Assembly (NCBI GenBank): GCA_900544285.1
Contig: UQUT01000005.1
Coordinates: 5,251 to 69,250, forward strand
Origin: an uncultured Eubacterium sp.
GTDB taxonomy: Bacteria > Bacillota > Clostridia > Oscillospirales > CAG-272
Length of the DNA: 64,000 bases
Reading direction: 5' to 3'
Part shown: piece after piece, positions 20,217 to 29,067 of the stretch
Position numbering within the stretch: the stretch's first letter is position 1
Layout of the letters: every line of letters begins with the position of its first letter
Made by a program: the position numbers and the translations under genes
Notes under the pieces: model-generated
Seen by the model: only the letters and a program-made list of their open reading frames with translations
Told to the model about the DNA's origin: nothing
Databases searched by the model: none

Positions 20217-20959
20217 TTGACTTCCTCCGTAATAGTTTCTGACATATAATTTGCCGTCGCCGTAAAAATGCATGCGGCAACCTTTTTTCTGTATTCCTCT
20301 GTTTTGAGCATGGCAAGCTCGGTCGGGTTTGAAAGGAACCCGCATTCGACGAGGATTGCCGTGCACGGGGCATTGTCAAGAACGTATATCTCGCTCCCCG
20401 CTCCCTTTATCTGCCTGCCGTTTTCCTTTTGAAGATAAGTTGCAACGACCATGCGGACATCCTCCGCAAGCGCCGCCGAGCCCGCCGTTTTCTTTGAAAA
20501 ATACACGCAGAGCCCCGAATATTTCGGGACGGGAAATTTGTTCATATGTACGCTGATAAAAATCGCGTTTTTATATTGCTTTGCAAGCTCAACTCTCGCT
20601 TTCAGGTCTTCAAGCTTTTTATGGGACGAATTCTCGTCTCCGAGAGCGACATCCTCTGTTCTGGTCATAACCGTATCGTAGCCGGCGCCTTCAAAAAGGT
20701 CGCAGAGTTCCTTTGCGACTGCGAGGTTCAAGTCCTTTTCAAGCGTGCCGTCGTCAGCCGAGGCGCCGCCGTCCCTTCCGCCGTGACCGGCGTCGATTAT
20801 TACAGTCGGCAGCGGCTTTTTATCTTCGCCCGCCGCCGCGCTCTCCGCTTCGGAGATGAATATCCTCGCGCTGACAGTCGCAACGGCTGCCAAAAACGCC
20901 GATATGACAAGAAAACAGGAGACGAGAAAAGCCGCCCTTCCAAAACCGTATTTATTCAA
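20213..20959 (-). CDS. cwlD: N-acetylmuramoyl-L-alanine amidase, CwlD-like (germination-specific type)
   Basis: N-terminal TM helix, IIDAGHGGRDGGA, FISVHMN and ECGFLSN motifs. Size and architecture match CwlD. Confidence 0.6.
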   Translation of the reverse strand: MNKYGFGRAAFLVSCFLVISAFLAAVATVSARIFISEAESAAAGEDKKPLPTVIIDAGHGGRDGGASADDGTLEKDLNLAVAKELCDLFEGAGYDTVMTRTEDVALGDENSSHKKLEDLKARVELAKQYKNAIFISVHMNKFPVPKYSGLCVYFSKKTAGSAALAEDVRMVVATYLQKENGRQIKGAGSEIYVLDNAPCTAILVECGFLSNPTELAMLKTEEYRKKVAACIFTATANYMSETITEEVN

Positions 20960-21021
20960 AATATATCCTCCGCATAAGAGTTTTCGCTTGATACTATGCG
21001 CGGAGGACGATTTTTATTCCT

Positions 21022-21576
21022 TTACTTTTTCGGTCTGGGGATAATGGTGAATTCCACCGTGCCGCAGATATATGAAAATCCCGCAAACGCCGCAGCGATA
21101 AAGGGAGTGACAAGATAAAACCACGCGCCGCCGCTCTTACCGATAAGCGCCATCTTTACCCCCATAAACATTCCTTCCCACGTCTGCGTGATAAGGGCAA
21201 AAACGCCGTTTGCGGCAGAAAGCCCGTCGCTGTATTCTCTGAAATGATTCAATACAAAGAAAGCAATGCCGAGCACAAGATCCGGTATTGCGGCGAAAAG
21301 TCCCGCGACAAAGCCCTTTAAGGGGCTTGGCTTTGTGCCCGCGCCTCTCGCACTGACAGCGTCCCTTGCGCCCACATCCCACATATAAAGGTCGATGAGA
21401 TAATAATAAAAAATGATTGTGAATATGCTGAAAATAAGGGTCAGTATCTGTCTGCTTTTTGTTTCAACGCCGACGGGAAGATACACCATCACGCCGAATA
21501 TCATCATAACAATGTGCGTCTGTATCAACTTCCAGACGCCGCCCCCGATTGATTTTATCATGCTTCTGTTTTCCAT
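21022..21576 (-). CDS. Hypothetical polytopic membrane protein
   Basis: 184 aa with 4-5 hydrophobic helices. No family recognised. Confidence 0.45.
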   Translation of the reverse strand: MENRSMIKSIGGGVWKLIQTHIVMMIFGVMVYLPVGVETKSRQILTLIFSIFTIIFYYYLIDLYMWDVGARDAVSARGAGTKPSPLKGFVAGLFAAIPDLVLGIAFFVLNHFREYSDGLSAANGVFALITQTWEGMFMGVKMALIGKSGGAWFYLVTPFIAAAFAGFSYICGTVEFTIIPRPKK

Positions 21577-21665
21577 TTGCTATCCTTCCGTAGCGGAGCT
21601 ATTGACTATATTATAGCTTTTATTTTGCCTTTCTTCAATATAAATAACATTTTTTTCGCCGAAAG

Positions 21666-21694
21666 TTTACATTTTTCTTTTTCCGTGATATAAT
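21666..21694 (+). promoter_or_regulatory. Sigma-A type promoter upstream of the recombinase gene
   Basis: TTTACA, a 17-nt spacer ending in TGa, then TATAAT. Confidence 0.5.
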
Positions 21695-21735
21695 CAGCTT
21701 GTGACAGTATCATCAAAAGAGAAAGGAGAGCCGCA

Positions 21736-22740
21736 ATGGAAGAAAGAAAAGCGAATGAGACCTCGCCCCTGCTTGAAAGATTTCTGCGCTATAAGCTCGT
21801 CATTCAGGGCAGATCAAAAACGACGGTCTTTGAATATCACCTCGATCTGTATCTGTTTTTCAGATTTGTCATTGCGAGACGGAGCGGCATACCAACGGAC
21901 AGCGAGGAATTTGAAAAGATAGATATCTCCTGCACAAACGAAGAATTTTCAAAGAGCATAAAGACGATAGATATTCTTGAATTCATGGCGTATCTTGCCT
22001 CGGAAAGGGGTTGCGGAGCGTCAGCCAGAAGCCGTAAACTCTCGGCAATAAAGGCATTTTTCAAATATCTGACCTCCGTTGAAAGAGTGATGGAGAAAAA
22101 CCCCGCAGTCGATATAGAATCGCCGAAGATAAAAAGAGCCCTGCCGAAGTTTCTTTCCCTTGACGAAAGCGTTTCCCTTCTGGACAGCGTCTATGCGGAC
22201 GAGGAGTCCAAAACGAAGGAAAGGGATTACTGCATACTGACCCTCTTTCTCAACTGCGGAATGCGACTTTCGGAGCTTGTCGGCATAAATCTGACGGATA
22301 TCGACCCGCAGATGAGGTCGCTGCGCGTTGTGGGAAAGGGCAATAAGGAGCGCATTGTTTACTTAAATGACGCCTGCCGCACCGCCATAAGAGATTATAT
22401 TCCCGTCCGCGGGCGTGACGGAAAGGAAATAAAGGATAAAAACGCGCTGTTTCTTTCGCGCCTGCATAAAAGAATAAGCGTAAAGACGGTGCAATGGCTT
22501 GTCTATAAATACCTCGGCGAAGCAGGACTTGAAAACAAGCATTATTCAACCCATAAGCTACGTCATACGGCAGCAACGCTGATGTATCAGGAGGGCGGAG
22601 TCGACGTGCTCGCGCTGAAAGAAATTCTGGGTCACGAACAGCTCAATACCACCCAGATATATACCCATATAAGCAACGCTTCGCTTGAAGAAGCCGTCAG
22701 CGCAAATCCGCTTGCAAAGATGAAAACGCCGAAAAAATAA
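21736..22740 (+). CDS. Tyrosine recombinase, XerC/XerD family
   Basis: N-terminal SAM-like domain. GMRLSEL, VVGKGNKERIVYL, HKLRHTAAT, LGHEQLNTTQIYTH (R..H-x-x-R..Y catalytic set). Confidence 0.8.
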   Translation: MEERKANETSPLLERFLRYKLVIQGRSKTTVFEYHLDLYLFFRFVIARRSGIPTDSEEFEKIDISCTNEEFSKSIKTIDILEFMAYLASERGCGASARSRKLSAIKAFFKYLTSVERVMEKNPAVDIESPKIKRALPKFLSLDESVSLLDSVYADEESKTKERDYCILTLFLNCGMRLSELVGINLTDIDPQMRSLRVVGKGNKERIVYLNDACRTAIRDYIPVRGRDGKEIKDKNALFLSRLHKRISVKTVQWLVYKYLGEAGLENKHYSTHKLRHTAATLMYQEGGVDVLALKEILGHEQLNTTQIYTHISNASLEEAVSANPLAKMKTPKK

Positions 22741-22947
22741 CCTGCCCGATGTTTAAGGACAGGCATCCTGTGGCGCAGACTCAAAAACAAAGTGACCGCG
22801 CCGCAGGCGCACCGCTTCTCTTCGAGTTGTCCGTTTTTATTATACAACTTTCCGCTTTTCAATTTTAACTCTTCACTTATGAATAACTCTCCTCCCGCAT
22901 GGCGAAAATTCTGTTACATAGATTTTTGCTATCCGGGAGGAATTTTT

Positions 22948-24168
22948 ATGAAAAAATTATTTGTTGTTCTGTACGCGCTCTGCCTTGTTTTCTGCATTTC
23001 GCTGACAGCCTTTGCCGTCAGTCTTTCGCCGGGGCTTGATGCTATCCGTTCGTCGATGAAAATGGTCAAAACGAGCGTCGGAGAAAATTCCGTTTCGTTC
23101 ACAGCCGCCGATTTTGAAAGCTTTCTCGGCGTGAAGCCCGAAAAAATCAAAATCGTTTCCCTACCGAGCGAAAAAGCGGGCAAGCTGATGTTCGGCGAAA
23201 AGGAGGTCTCGGCGGGAGACGAAATCGACATTTCGTCCGTTTCCGCCCTGCGGTTCGTCCCCGCGGCAAAGGAGGTTTCATCCGGATTTGAGTTTTCTGC
23301 GGGAAATGATGACGAAGCCTTCATCTGCTCCGTCAGCACCCTGCCCTCGCTAAACTTTGCGCCGACCGTAACCGACGGGGCGCTCTCCGTCGAAAAGGAA
23401 ATTCCCTGTTTCGGAACTCTTTCTTCCGTTGACAAAGAAGGAGACGCCGTAACGTATTTTCTCACCTCCGAGCCGAAGCACGGCGAGCTGACCCTTGATA
23501 ATATCACAGGCAAATTTGTCTATTCGCCGGACGAAAGTTTCAGCGGCAAGGATCGCTTCAGATTCGTTGCAAAGGATTATTACGGCAACATCTCCGGCGA
23601 GGCGGAAATCAAAATCACCGTCTCGAAAAACAGCATAAAATACAGCGATATGGCGGGAAATGACGCATATACTGCGGCATCTGTTCTCGGTGGGAAGGAA
23701 ATTCTTCTCGGAGAGACGATCGGCGGAGAAAAATATTTTTATCCCGAAAAAACCGTCACAAGGGGCGAATTTCTCGTTATGACAATGAGTGCCCTTGACC
23801 TCCCGACCGCAGAGGCCGCCGCAACAACCTTCGCCGATGACTCCGACATTTCCGCATATCAGAGAAAATATGTAACGGCGGCGGTGTCCGGAGGAATAAT
23901 CTTCGGCGTTGATTATGAGGACGGCAAACGCTTTGACGGGAACGCCCCGATAACCGCGCGTCAGGCGGCAACAATCGTTTCAAGGCTGATGTCAAAAACA
24001 TCGCCTTCTCTTTCCGAATCGCTTCCCGTTGCGGCGTCCTGCGGCGACGAAGTGACAGACGAGGGGCTTGCGGCAATGGCGTCGCTCGGATATTTTTCGG
24101 GTATGAAAGCGGACGACACCATCACCCGCGCCGACGCGGCAAAGATAATTTATAAGATGATGAAATGA
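22948..24168 (+). CDS. Secreted cell-surface protein: cadherin/Ig-like domain plus C-terminal SLH repeats
   Basis: Signal peptide MKKLFVVLYALCLVFCISLTAFA, GGGAGG RBS. VDKEGDAVTYFLTSEPKHGELTLD...FVYSPDESFSGKDRFRFVAKD. SLH-like YSDMAGNDAY...TRGEFLVM and FADDSDISAYQRKYV. Confidence 0.65.
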   Translation: MKKLFVVLYALCLVFCISLTAFAVSLSPGLDAIRSSMKMVKTSVGENSVSFTAADFESFLGVKPEKIKIVSLPSEKAGKLMFGEKEVSAGDEIDISSVSALRFVPAAKEVSSGFEFSAGNDDEAFICSVSTLPSLNFAPTVTDGALSVEKEIPCFGTLSSVDKEGDAVTYFLTSEPKHGELTLDNITGKFVYSPDESFSGKDRFRFVAKDYYGNISGEAEIKITVSKNSIKYSDMAGNDAYTAASVLGGKEILLGETIGGEKYFYPEKTVTRGEFLVMTMSALDLPTAEAAATTFADDSDISAYQRKYVTAAVSGGIIFGVDYEDGKRFDGNAPITARQAATIVSRLMSKTSPSLSESLPVAASCGDEVTDEGLAAMASLGYFSGMKADDTITRADAAKIIYKMMK

Positions 24169-24169
24169 A

Positions 24170-24210
24170 TGCAAAAAGAAAAGCACCCAAATTGGTGCTT
24201 TTCTTTTTTA
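24170..24210. repeat. Left copy of a ~41-bp imperfect direct repeat; also a hairpin terminator
   Basis: TGCAAAAAGAAAAGCACCCaaattGGTGCTTTTCTTTTT. The first 19 nt are identical to 25395-25413 and the 3' arm is near-identical. Confidence 0.7.
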
Positions 24211-24438
24211 TTTTTGGCTTTCAGTTATTTCTTCCCTGCCAAGTAAATAATCCAATGACACGTGAAAATAGTCGGCAAATCGAATCAGCGTTTCATAATC
24301 CGCTTGTCGCTCCATATTTTCATATCTGGATATGGTATTCTGATTCATATTCAATTCCGTCGCCAATCTCAACTGCGATATTTTTCGCTGTTTACGCAAT
24401 TCTTTGAGCCGAAATTCCATAAAACTTTCTGTCTCCAA
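24208..24438 (-). CDS. XRE-family helix-turn-helix transcriptional regulator
   Basis: 76 aa. LKELRKQRKISQLRLATELNMNQNTISRYENMERQADYETLIRFADYF matches HTH_3. Confidence 0.8.
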   Translation of the reverse strand: METESFMEFRLKELRKQRKISQLRLATELNMNQNTISRYENMERQADYETLIRFADYFHVSLDYLLGREEITESQK

Positions 24439-24456
24439 AATAATTTTTTAACCCTC

Positions 24457-24485
24457 TTGACAAAATTATACCAAAGCGGTATAAT
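24457..24485 (+). promoter_or_regulatory. Consensus sigma-A promoter inside the islet
   Basis: TTGACA (24457-24462), 17 nt, TATAAT (24480-24485). Divergent from the XRE gene. Confidence 0.6.
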
Positions 24486-24656
24486 CAAAATATCCCATTT
24501 TGGTATATATGCGGCGGTATGATATTTTTAAGATGCGAAAAAACTTTTGAACAAAATGTCAGTATGCCTACAATGTCGCAATCTGTACGAAAGCAAAACA
24601 CTAGCAAGAAAATGTTCATTTTGTTTCAAAGACGATTAAAAGAAAGGACTTATGAA

Positions 24657-25280
24657 ATGAAAAAAATATCTTTATTGGCGATTTTATTGGCTATTGTAGT
24701 ATTATTTGCAGCGTGCGGGACAACTGCTCAAAATTCAGTTGCAGAAACAGAACTCAAGCTATATAAGACTTTGAACACAATATACTCTGCCGAAGCACTC
24801 AATATGCAATATATTCTCCGTGCGTGGGAGTTCACCAATAGTTATAGCAACAGCTCGTACTATGACGATTATGAATATTGGAAAGCATACGCAAAAGAAT
24901 TATCAATGAGCAAAAACGATATAAAGGAAGGCATACGCTTAATACTGCCAAATGCAAAAGTTGATAGCTTTGATGATAAAACTTTGTCGCAGTGTCTCAG
25001 AGTTCTTGATTGTGCAATCACAGTTGCGGCAAATAAAATAAACAAAGGCACATCAGAAACGATTACTTCTCTTATGACAGATGCCAAAACATATCTAAAA
25101 GAAATCAAGGGTAAATCCGAAGCTTATGAAACCTTTCAAGATTATTACATAATGATATGCGAAATGAACGATTGGACGACATCTCCGAGCGGCACATATG
25201 TAAGCTCATCGGCGAAATTTTCAGGGTATAATAATAAGGCTTCGGCATATCAACGGGAGCTCCAGTTCATCGTAGAATGA
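24657..25280 (+). CDS. Hypothetical lipoprotein
   Basis: MKKISLLAILLAIVVLFAAC has a signal peptide and lipobox. AT-rich codon usage. No family recognised. Start moved from 24519 to the signal-peptide Met. Confidence 0.55.
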   Translation: MKKISLLAILLAIVVLFAACGTTAQNSVAETELKLYKTLNTIYSAEALNMQYILRAWEFTNSYSNSSYYDDYEYWKAYAKELSMSKNDIKEGIRLILPNAKVDSFDDKTLSQCLRVLDCAITVAANKINKGTSETITSLMTDAKTYLKEIKGKSEAYETFQDYYIMICEMNDWTTSPSGTYVSSSAKFSGYNNKASAYQRELQFIVE

Positions 25281-25394
25281 ACCGCTTTATAAACACCTCA
25301 AAGCAAAAATTCATACGAAAACATTCTACGCATCCATATATACCATACAGTACAGTCAAATACGCCCGATGAGAATCGATTCCCCCTTTATGAT

Positions 25395-25435
25395 TGCAAA
25401 AAGAAAAGCACCCCTTTTGGGTGCTTTCCTTTTTG
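25395..25435. repeat. Right copy of the direct repeat; also the ssrA terminator hairpin
   Basis: TGCAAAAAGAAAAGCACCCcttttGGGTGCTTTCCTTTTT. On the minus strand this is a hairpin plus T run immediately after the tmRNA CCA end. Confidence 0.7.
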
Positions 25436-25786
25436 GTGGACCCGAGGAGAATCGAACTCCTGTCCGAAAAACGATCCGCGGGGCTTTCTCCGAGCGCATT
25501 CCGTCTTTTGAAATTCCCTCCTCACAGCGCCGGCAGACAGGCTCTGTGTTTCGGTAGCTTTTTAATGCGTGACGGCGTCAAAAACTAAAAAGCCGTTCAC
25601 GTTCATCGCTGTGTTATGCCCAAACCGAAGCCGCGATACTCATCGGCAGGACACCCGCGCCCTTAGGCAGCGAGAGCTAATTTATTATTGTTAGCGTTTA
25701 ATTTTAGGTTGCACAGTTTTTGGGAGCTTGTGCGGCTCCGCTCGCTTACCCTGTTTCATATTCCCCGTCGAAACCTTTACGGGCCC
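25434..25786 (-). ncRNA. ssrA: tmRNA (SsrA)
   Basis: Minus-strand 5' end GGGCCCGTAAAGGTTTCGACGGGG and 3' end GGAGTTCGATTCTCCTCGGGTCCACCA. The acceptor stem has the G3:U pair. Internal tag frame GCT AAC AAT AAT AAA TTA GCT CTC GCT GCC TAA (25695-25663). Lies directly downstream of smpB. Confidence 0.9.
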
Positions 25787-25790
25787 TTGA

Positions 25791-26261
25791 TTATTTTGTT
25801 CTTTGCCGTTCAAAGCGGTCGACGTAGCGCGCCTCCGCCTTTTTGGCTTCGGTTTCGCGCTTGTCATAGAGCTTTTTGCCCTTGCAAAGCCCGATCTCCG
25901 CCTTTACGTTCCTTCCGGAAAAGTAAAGCGAAAGCGGAACAAGCGTCAACCCTTCCTGACCGATCTTCGCAAGCAACCGGATGATCTCCTTCTTATGCAT
26001 CAGCAGTTTTCTGTCTCGCATAGGATCTCGATTGAAAATGTTTCCCTTTTCATAAGGACTGATATGGACGCCCGTCATAAAAAGCTCGCCCTTTTCAATA
26101 TAACAATACGAATCTTTAAGGTTTACCGCGCCCAGCCGCAGGCTCTTTACCTCCGTACCGAGAAGCTCAATCCCCGCCTCATATGTGTCAAGGACAAAAT
26201 AGTCGTGGCGGGCTTTTTTGTTCTGCGCTATTATTTTATGAGCATAATTTTCGCCTGCCAT
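25791..26261 (-). CDS. smpB: SsrA-binding protein SmpB
   Basis: 156 aa. IAQNKKARHDYFVLDTYEAGIELLGTEVKSLR and a basic C-terminal tail. Confidence 0.9.
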   Translation of the reverse strand: MAGENYAHKIIAQNKKARHDYFVLDTYEAGIELLGTEVKSLRLGAVNLKDSYCYIEKGELFMTGVHISPYEKGNIFNRDPMRDRKLLMHKKEIIRLLAKIGQEGLTLVPLSLYFSGRNVKAEIGLCKGKKLYDKRETEAKKAEARYVDRFERQRTK

Positions 26262-26354
26262 AACATTTTCTCCTTTCCTTTTTGTGCTTCATATTTTATC
26301 ACATCGAAGAGGGCTTGTCAAGCGCAAACCAATCGACGTTTTTTGCCGATTTTT

Positions 26355-27170
26355 TCAGCTCTTGCCCTTGTTTTTCGGGCTTATCTGCGAAAACAGTGTG
26401 CGGAAGAACGAATCGATTTTGTCATCAATTGTTGTCGGCTTTTCGCTTTGAGTCGGTTTTTTCTCTGCTTTTTCAGTTGACTTGCCGCTCGCGGCTGTCA
26501 TTTCAGCGGTCAGCTTTCTTATCTGCTCGCAATAATCCTCCGCCGCCGAACTGTACATTTTCTTTATCTTGCCCTCCTCCGCTCCCGCGCGGACTCTGGC
26601 ATCGTTTATAATCGCGTCCGCTTTTTCGCTCGCGACGGAGACCATCTCTGCGGCTTTTTCCTCGGCTGTCGAAATTATTCTTCCCGCCTCTTCTCCTGCA
26701 TGACGGAGCAACTCCTCCGTTTTATTGCGGATTTTTTCCGCAACCTCCTCGGAAAGCTCTTCCCCGCTCTCGCGGCTTTCGTACCCGGCAATGCGGTCTG
26801 CCATGCCCGCGAGTGCGGCTTTCAGCTCCTCTTCGCGTTTTTCCGCGGCATAAAGACGGCAGGCAAGCTCATCAAGCATTTGCGAAAGTTCTTTTCCGTG
26901 CTCCTCTGCGGCAACTTTTCCGTCATTTGCGAGGGACGCGGCGTTTTCGGAGGAATACGCCTCGCATGCAAGCTCGTCCAGCATGCGCGTAAGCTCGTCT
27001 ATGCGGCTTTTCGCCTCCGAGACCTTGCGCTTTTCGCTTTCGATGTCGCTCTTCAGTTCTTCCTCTCTGCGCGCAAAATCAATACTTATCTGTTCTATAT
27101 ATTTGTTTACGTCCTTTTTTGAGTAACCGCCCATTGCGCCTCTGAATTTGACCATTTTCACGTCGCTCAT
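26355..27170 (-). CDS. DivIVA-domain coiled-coil protein
   Basis: FRGAMGGYSKKDVNKYIEQI at the N-terminus. The rest is Glu/Ala-rich coiled coil with a duplicated MLDELAC segment. Confidence 0.6.
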   Translation of the reverse strand: MSDVKMVKFRGAMGGYSKKDVNKYIEQISIDFARREEELKSDIESEKRKVSEAKSRIDELTRMLDELACEAYSSENAASLANDGKVAAEEHGKELSQMLDELACRLYAAEKREEELKAALAGMADRIAGYESRESGEELSEEVAEKIRNKTEELLRHAGEEAGRIISTAEEKAAEMVSVASEKADAIINDARVRAGAEEGKIKKMYSSAAEDYCEQIRKLTAEMTAASGKSTEKAEKKPTQSEKPTTIDDKIDSFFRTLFSQISPKNKGKS

Positions 27171-27258
27171 AAAAACCTCCGAAAAGCTGTTCTTTCATTT
27201 CATTATATCATCATCCGACCCCGATTGTAAATATAAACCGCAAAATTGTTAAAAACTC

Positions 27259-27287
27259 TTTACATAAAATCGCTTTTGGGCTATAAT
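27259..27287 (+). promoter_or_regulatory. Sigma-A type promoter upstream of the SGNH hydrolase gene
   Basis: TTTACA, 17 nt, TATAAT. Confidence 0.5.
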
Positions 27288-27325
27288 TAGCCCGTAACAA
27301 AACTCAAAAAGAGAGGTTATTTTTT

Positions 27326-27979
27326 ATGGAAAAACAGGTTATCCGCGTTATGTTCACGGGCGACAGCATTACAGACTGTCAGAGGGCGCGTCCCGTCGGC
27401 GACGGAGTCGGCACGCTCGGCAACAGCTATGTCGGCAATCTTTTCTGTATGACTTGGGCTGAAAACCCGGAGTGCAGGGCTCGTTTTATGAATTCCGCAA
27501 CCTCCGGCGATACGAGCCGTCAGCTCCTTGCCCGCTTTGATGACGAAGTTCTTGCGTACAACCCCGATTATCTTTTCATAATGATCGGCGTAAACGACGC
27601 CTGGCGAATTGCGGAGCTCCCCGTAAACACGGAGGTGCATATTTCCTCCGAGGAAACCGCCGCAAATATGGAGAAAATGATCTTAAAAGCCCGCGAAAAG
27701 GGCGCAGAGCCGATAATCCTTTCGCCGTTCTTTATGGATCTTGACAAAAATGAATTCATGCGCTATCACGTCGACGAGATAAACGCTCTTTATAAAAAGC
27801 TCGCGGAAAAATATTCCGTCGGATATATTGATATTCAGTCCGCGATAGACGGTTGGATTTCCAAAGCAAGCTCGTATATCCTTTCAAGCGACCGCGTTCA
27901 CCCGAAGGCAATCGGCGTTTCGCTCATAGCAAGAACGATCTTCGAGCATCCTGTCTTCCGCGGAGTTATTGACAGATGA
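27326..27979 (+). CDS. SGNH/GDSL-family hydrolase
   Basis: FTGDSITD block I, GVNDA block III and a C-terminal D..H (SDRVHP). Confidence 0.75.
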   Translation: MEKQVIRVMFTGDSITDCQRARPVGDGVGTLGNSYVGNLFCMTWAENPECRARFMNSATSGDTSRQLLARFDDEVLAYNPDYLFIMIGVNDAWRIAELPVNTEVHISSEETAANMEKMILKAREKGAEPIILSPFFMDLDKNEFMRYHVDEINALYKKLAEKYSVGYIDIQSAIDGWISKASSYILSSDRVHPKAIGVSLIARTIFEHPVFRGVIDR

Positions 27980-29067
27980 CAAGAACCGTTTTCGGTGAAG
28001 AAGAGCTCTGGTCGGCTCTTGCAGACACCTCCTCGCCCATTCTTCTCTACGGCACGGGCGACGGAGCGGACAAAATCCTCTCCGTTATGGAGAAAAAAGG
28101 ACTGCGGGCAAGCGGATTTTTCGCCTCGGACGGCTTTGTACGCGACAGATATTTTCGCGGCGAGCACGTTATGTCCCTCTCTGAAGCGGAAGAAAAATTC
28201 GGCGATTTTACGGTCATCGTTGCGTTCGGCTCCTCGCGCGATGACGTGATTGAAAACGTAAAGCGTATTGCTTCCCGTCACCGCCTGTTCATCGCGGACG
28301 TTCCCGTTTGCGGTGGCGAGATTTTTGATGCGGATTTCTATGAAAATCATCTTTTTGAAATCAACGAGGCGCGCGGGCTTTTTTCGGACGATGAGTCGAA
28401 AAGGGTTTATGACAGTATCATAAAATTCCGTCTTTCGGGCAAGCCGGAATATCTTTGGGACTGCTCTTGCAATGAAGAGGAGACGTTTTCGCTCCTTTCC
28501 GGCGGCTACGGCGCATACGTCGACCTCGGCGCATACACGGGAGACACCGTCAAAAAGGCAATATCGCTTTGTCCGTCGATTAAAAAGGTCTGCGCCTTCG
28601 AGCCGGCAAAAAAGCCTTTTGAAAAGCTGTCAGCTTTCTGTTCCGGCACGGAAAACGTCGATTTTTCTCTCATAAACGCCTGCGCCCGGGACAAAACGGA
28701 GTCAATCGTCATCGCCGACGGCGGCGGCAGAGGGACGCACATTTCATCGGACAGCTCGCTTTCCGGCGCGAAAAGCCGCACGGTTGACTGCGTCTCCCCC
28801 GATGAAGCCTGCAATTTTTCCGGCGAAAAGCTGCTGATAAAATATGACGTTGAGGGTGCGGAGCGGCAGGCTCTCCTCGGCTCGCTTTCCCTTATAAAAA
28901 ACAATGACACCGAGCTTGCGGTGTCACTGTATCACAGAAGCGGTGATATTTTTTCGCTTGCTGCACTTGTTCATCAAATTCTTCCCGAAAGGGCGCTTTA
29001 TCTGCGACGTCTGAAAGGCTTTCCCGCATGGGACATAAACCTTTTCGCTTCAAAAAAGCTCATATAG
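27976..29067 (+). CDS. FkbM-family methyltransferase
   Basis: VDLGAYTGDT SAM-binding motif, FEPAKKPFEKL, IKYDVEGAERQAL. The start overlaps the previous stop (ATGA). Confidence 0.65.
   Translation: MTRTVFGEEELWSALADTSSPILLYGTGDGADKILSVMEKKGLRASGFFASDGFVRDRYFRGEHVMSLSEAEEKFGDFTVIVAFGSSRDDVIENVKRIASRHRLFIADVPVCGGEIFDADFYENHLFEINEARGLFSDDESKRVYDSIIKFRLSGKPEYLWDCSCNEEETFSLLSGGYGAYVDLGAYTGDTVKKAISLCPSIKKVCAFEPAKKPFEKLSAFCSGTENVDFSLINACARDKTESIVIADGGGRGTHISSDSSLSGAKSRTVDCVSPDEACNFSGEKLLIKYDVEGAERQALLGSLSLIKNNDTELAVSLYHRSGDIFSLAALVHQILPERALYLRRLKGFPAWDINLFASKKLI

Larger units (their letters stand above)
24211..25394. mobile_element. Putative remnant of an integrated islet (AT-rich, no recombinase) next to the ssrA 3' end
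   Basis: Visibly lower G+C than the flanks. Bracketed by the 24170 and 25395 direct repeats. Carries only an XRE regulator and a lipoprotein gene. Confidence 0.4.

Noticed and set aside
21736-22740. Tyrosine recombinase as the integrase of the ssrA-adjacent islet.
   Set aside because: It lies 1.4 kb outside the direct repeats, separated from them by a host-like SLH surface-protein gene. It has host-like composition and Xer-type motifs and domain layout. It is more likely a chromosomal Xer-family recombinase.
26355-27170. Internal duplication (two MLDELAC-containing segments) in the DivIVA-domain protein as a sign of recent recombination.
   Set aside because: Low-complexity Glu/Ala-rich coiled coils often show such pseudo-repeats. 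The nucleotide copies are diverged and in frame, so this is not remarkable.
29060-29067. 8-nt 3'-end overlap of the convergent FkbM methyltransferase and manA genes, with no terminator between them, as a possible antisense-regulation device.
   Set aside because: Short convergent overlaps are common in compact genomes, and the sequence alone gives no evidence of regulation.
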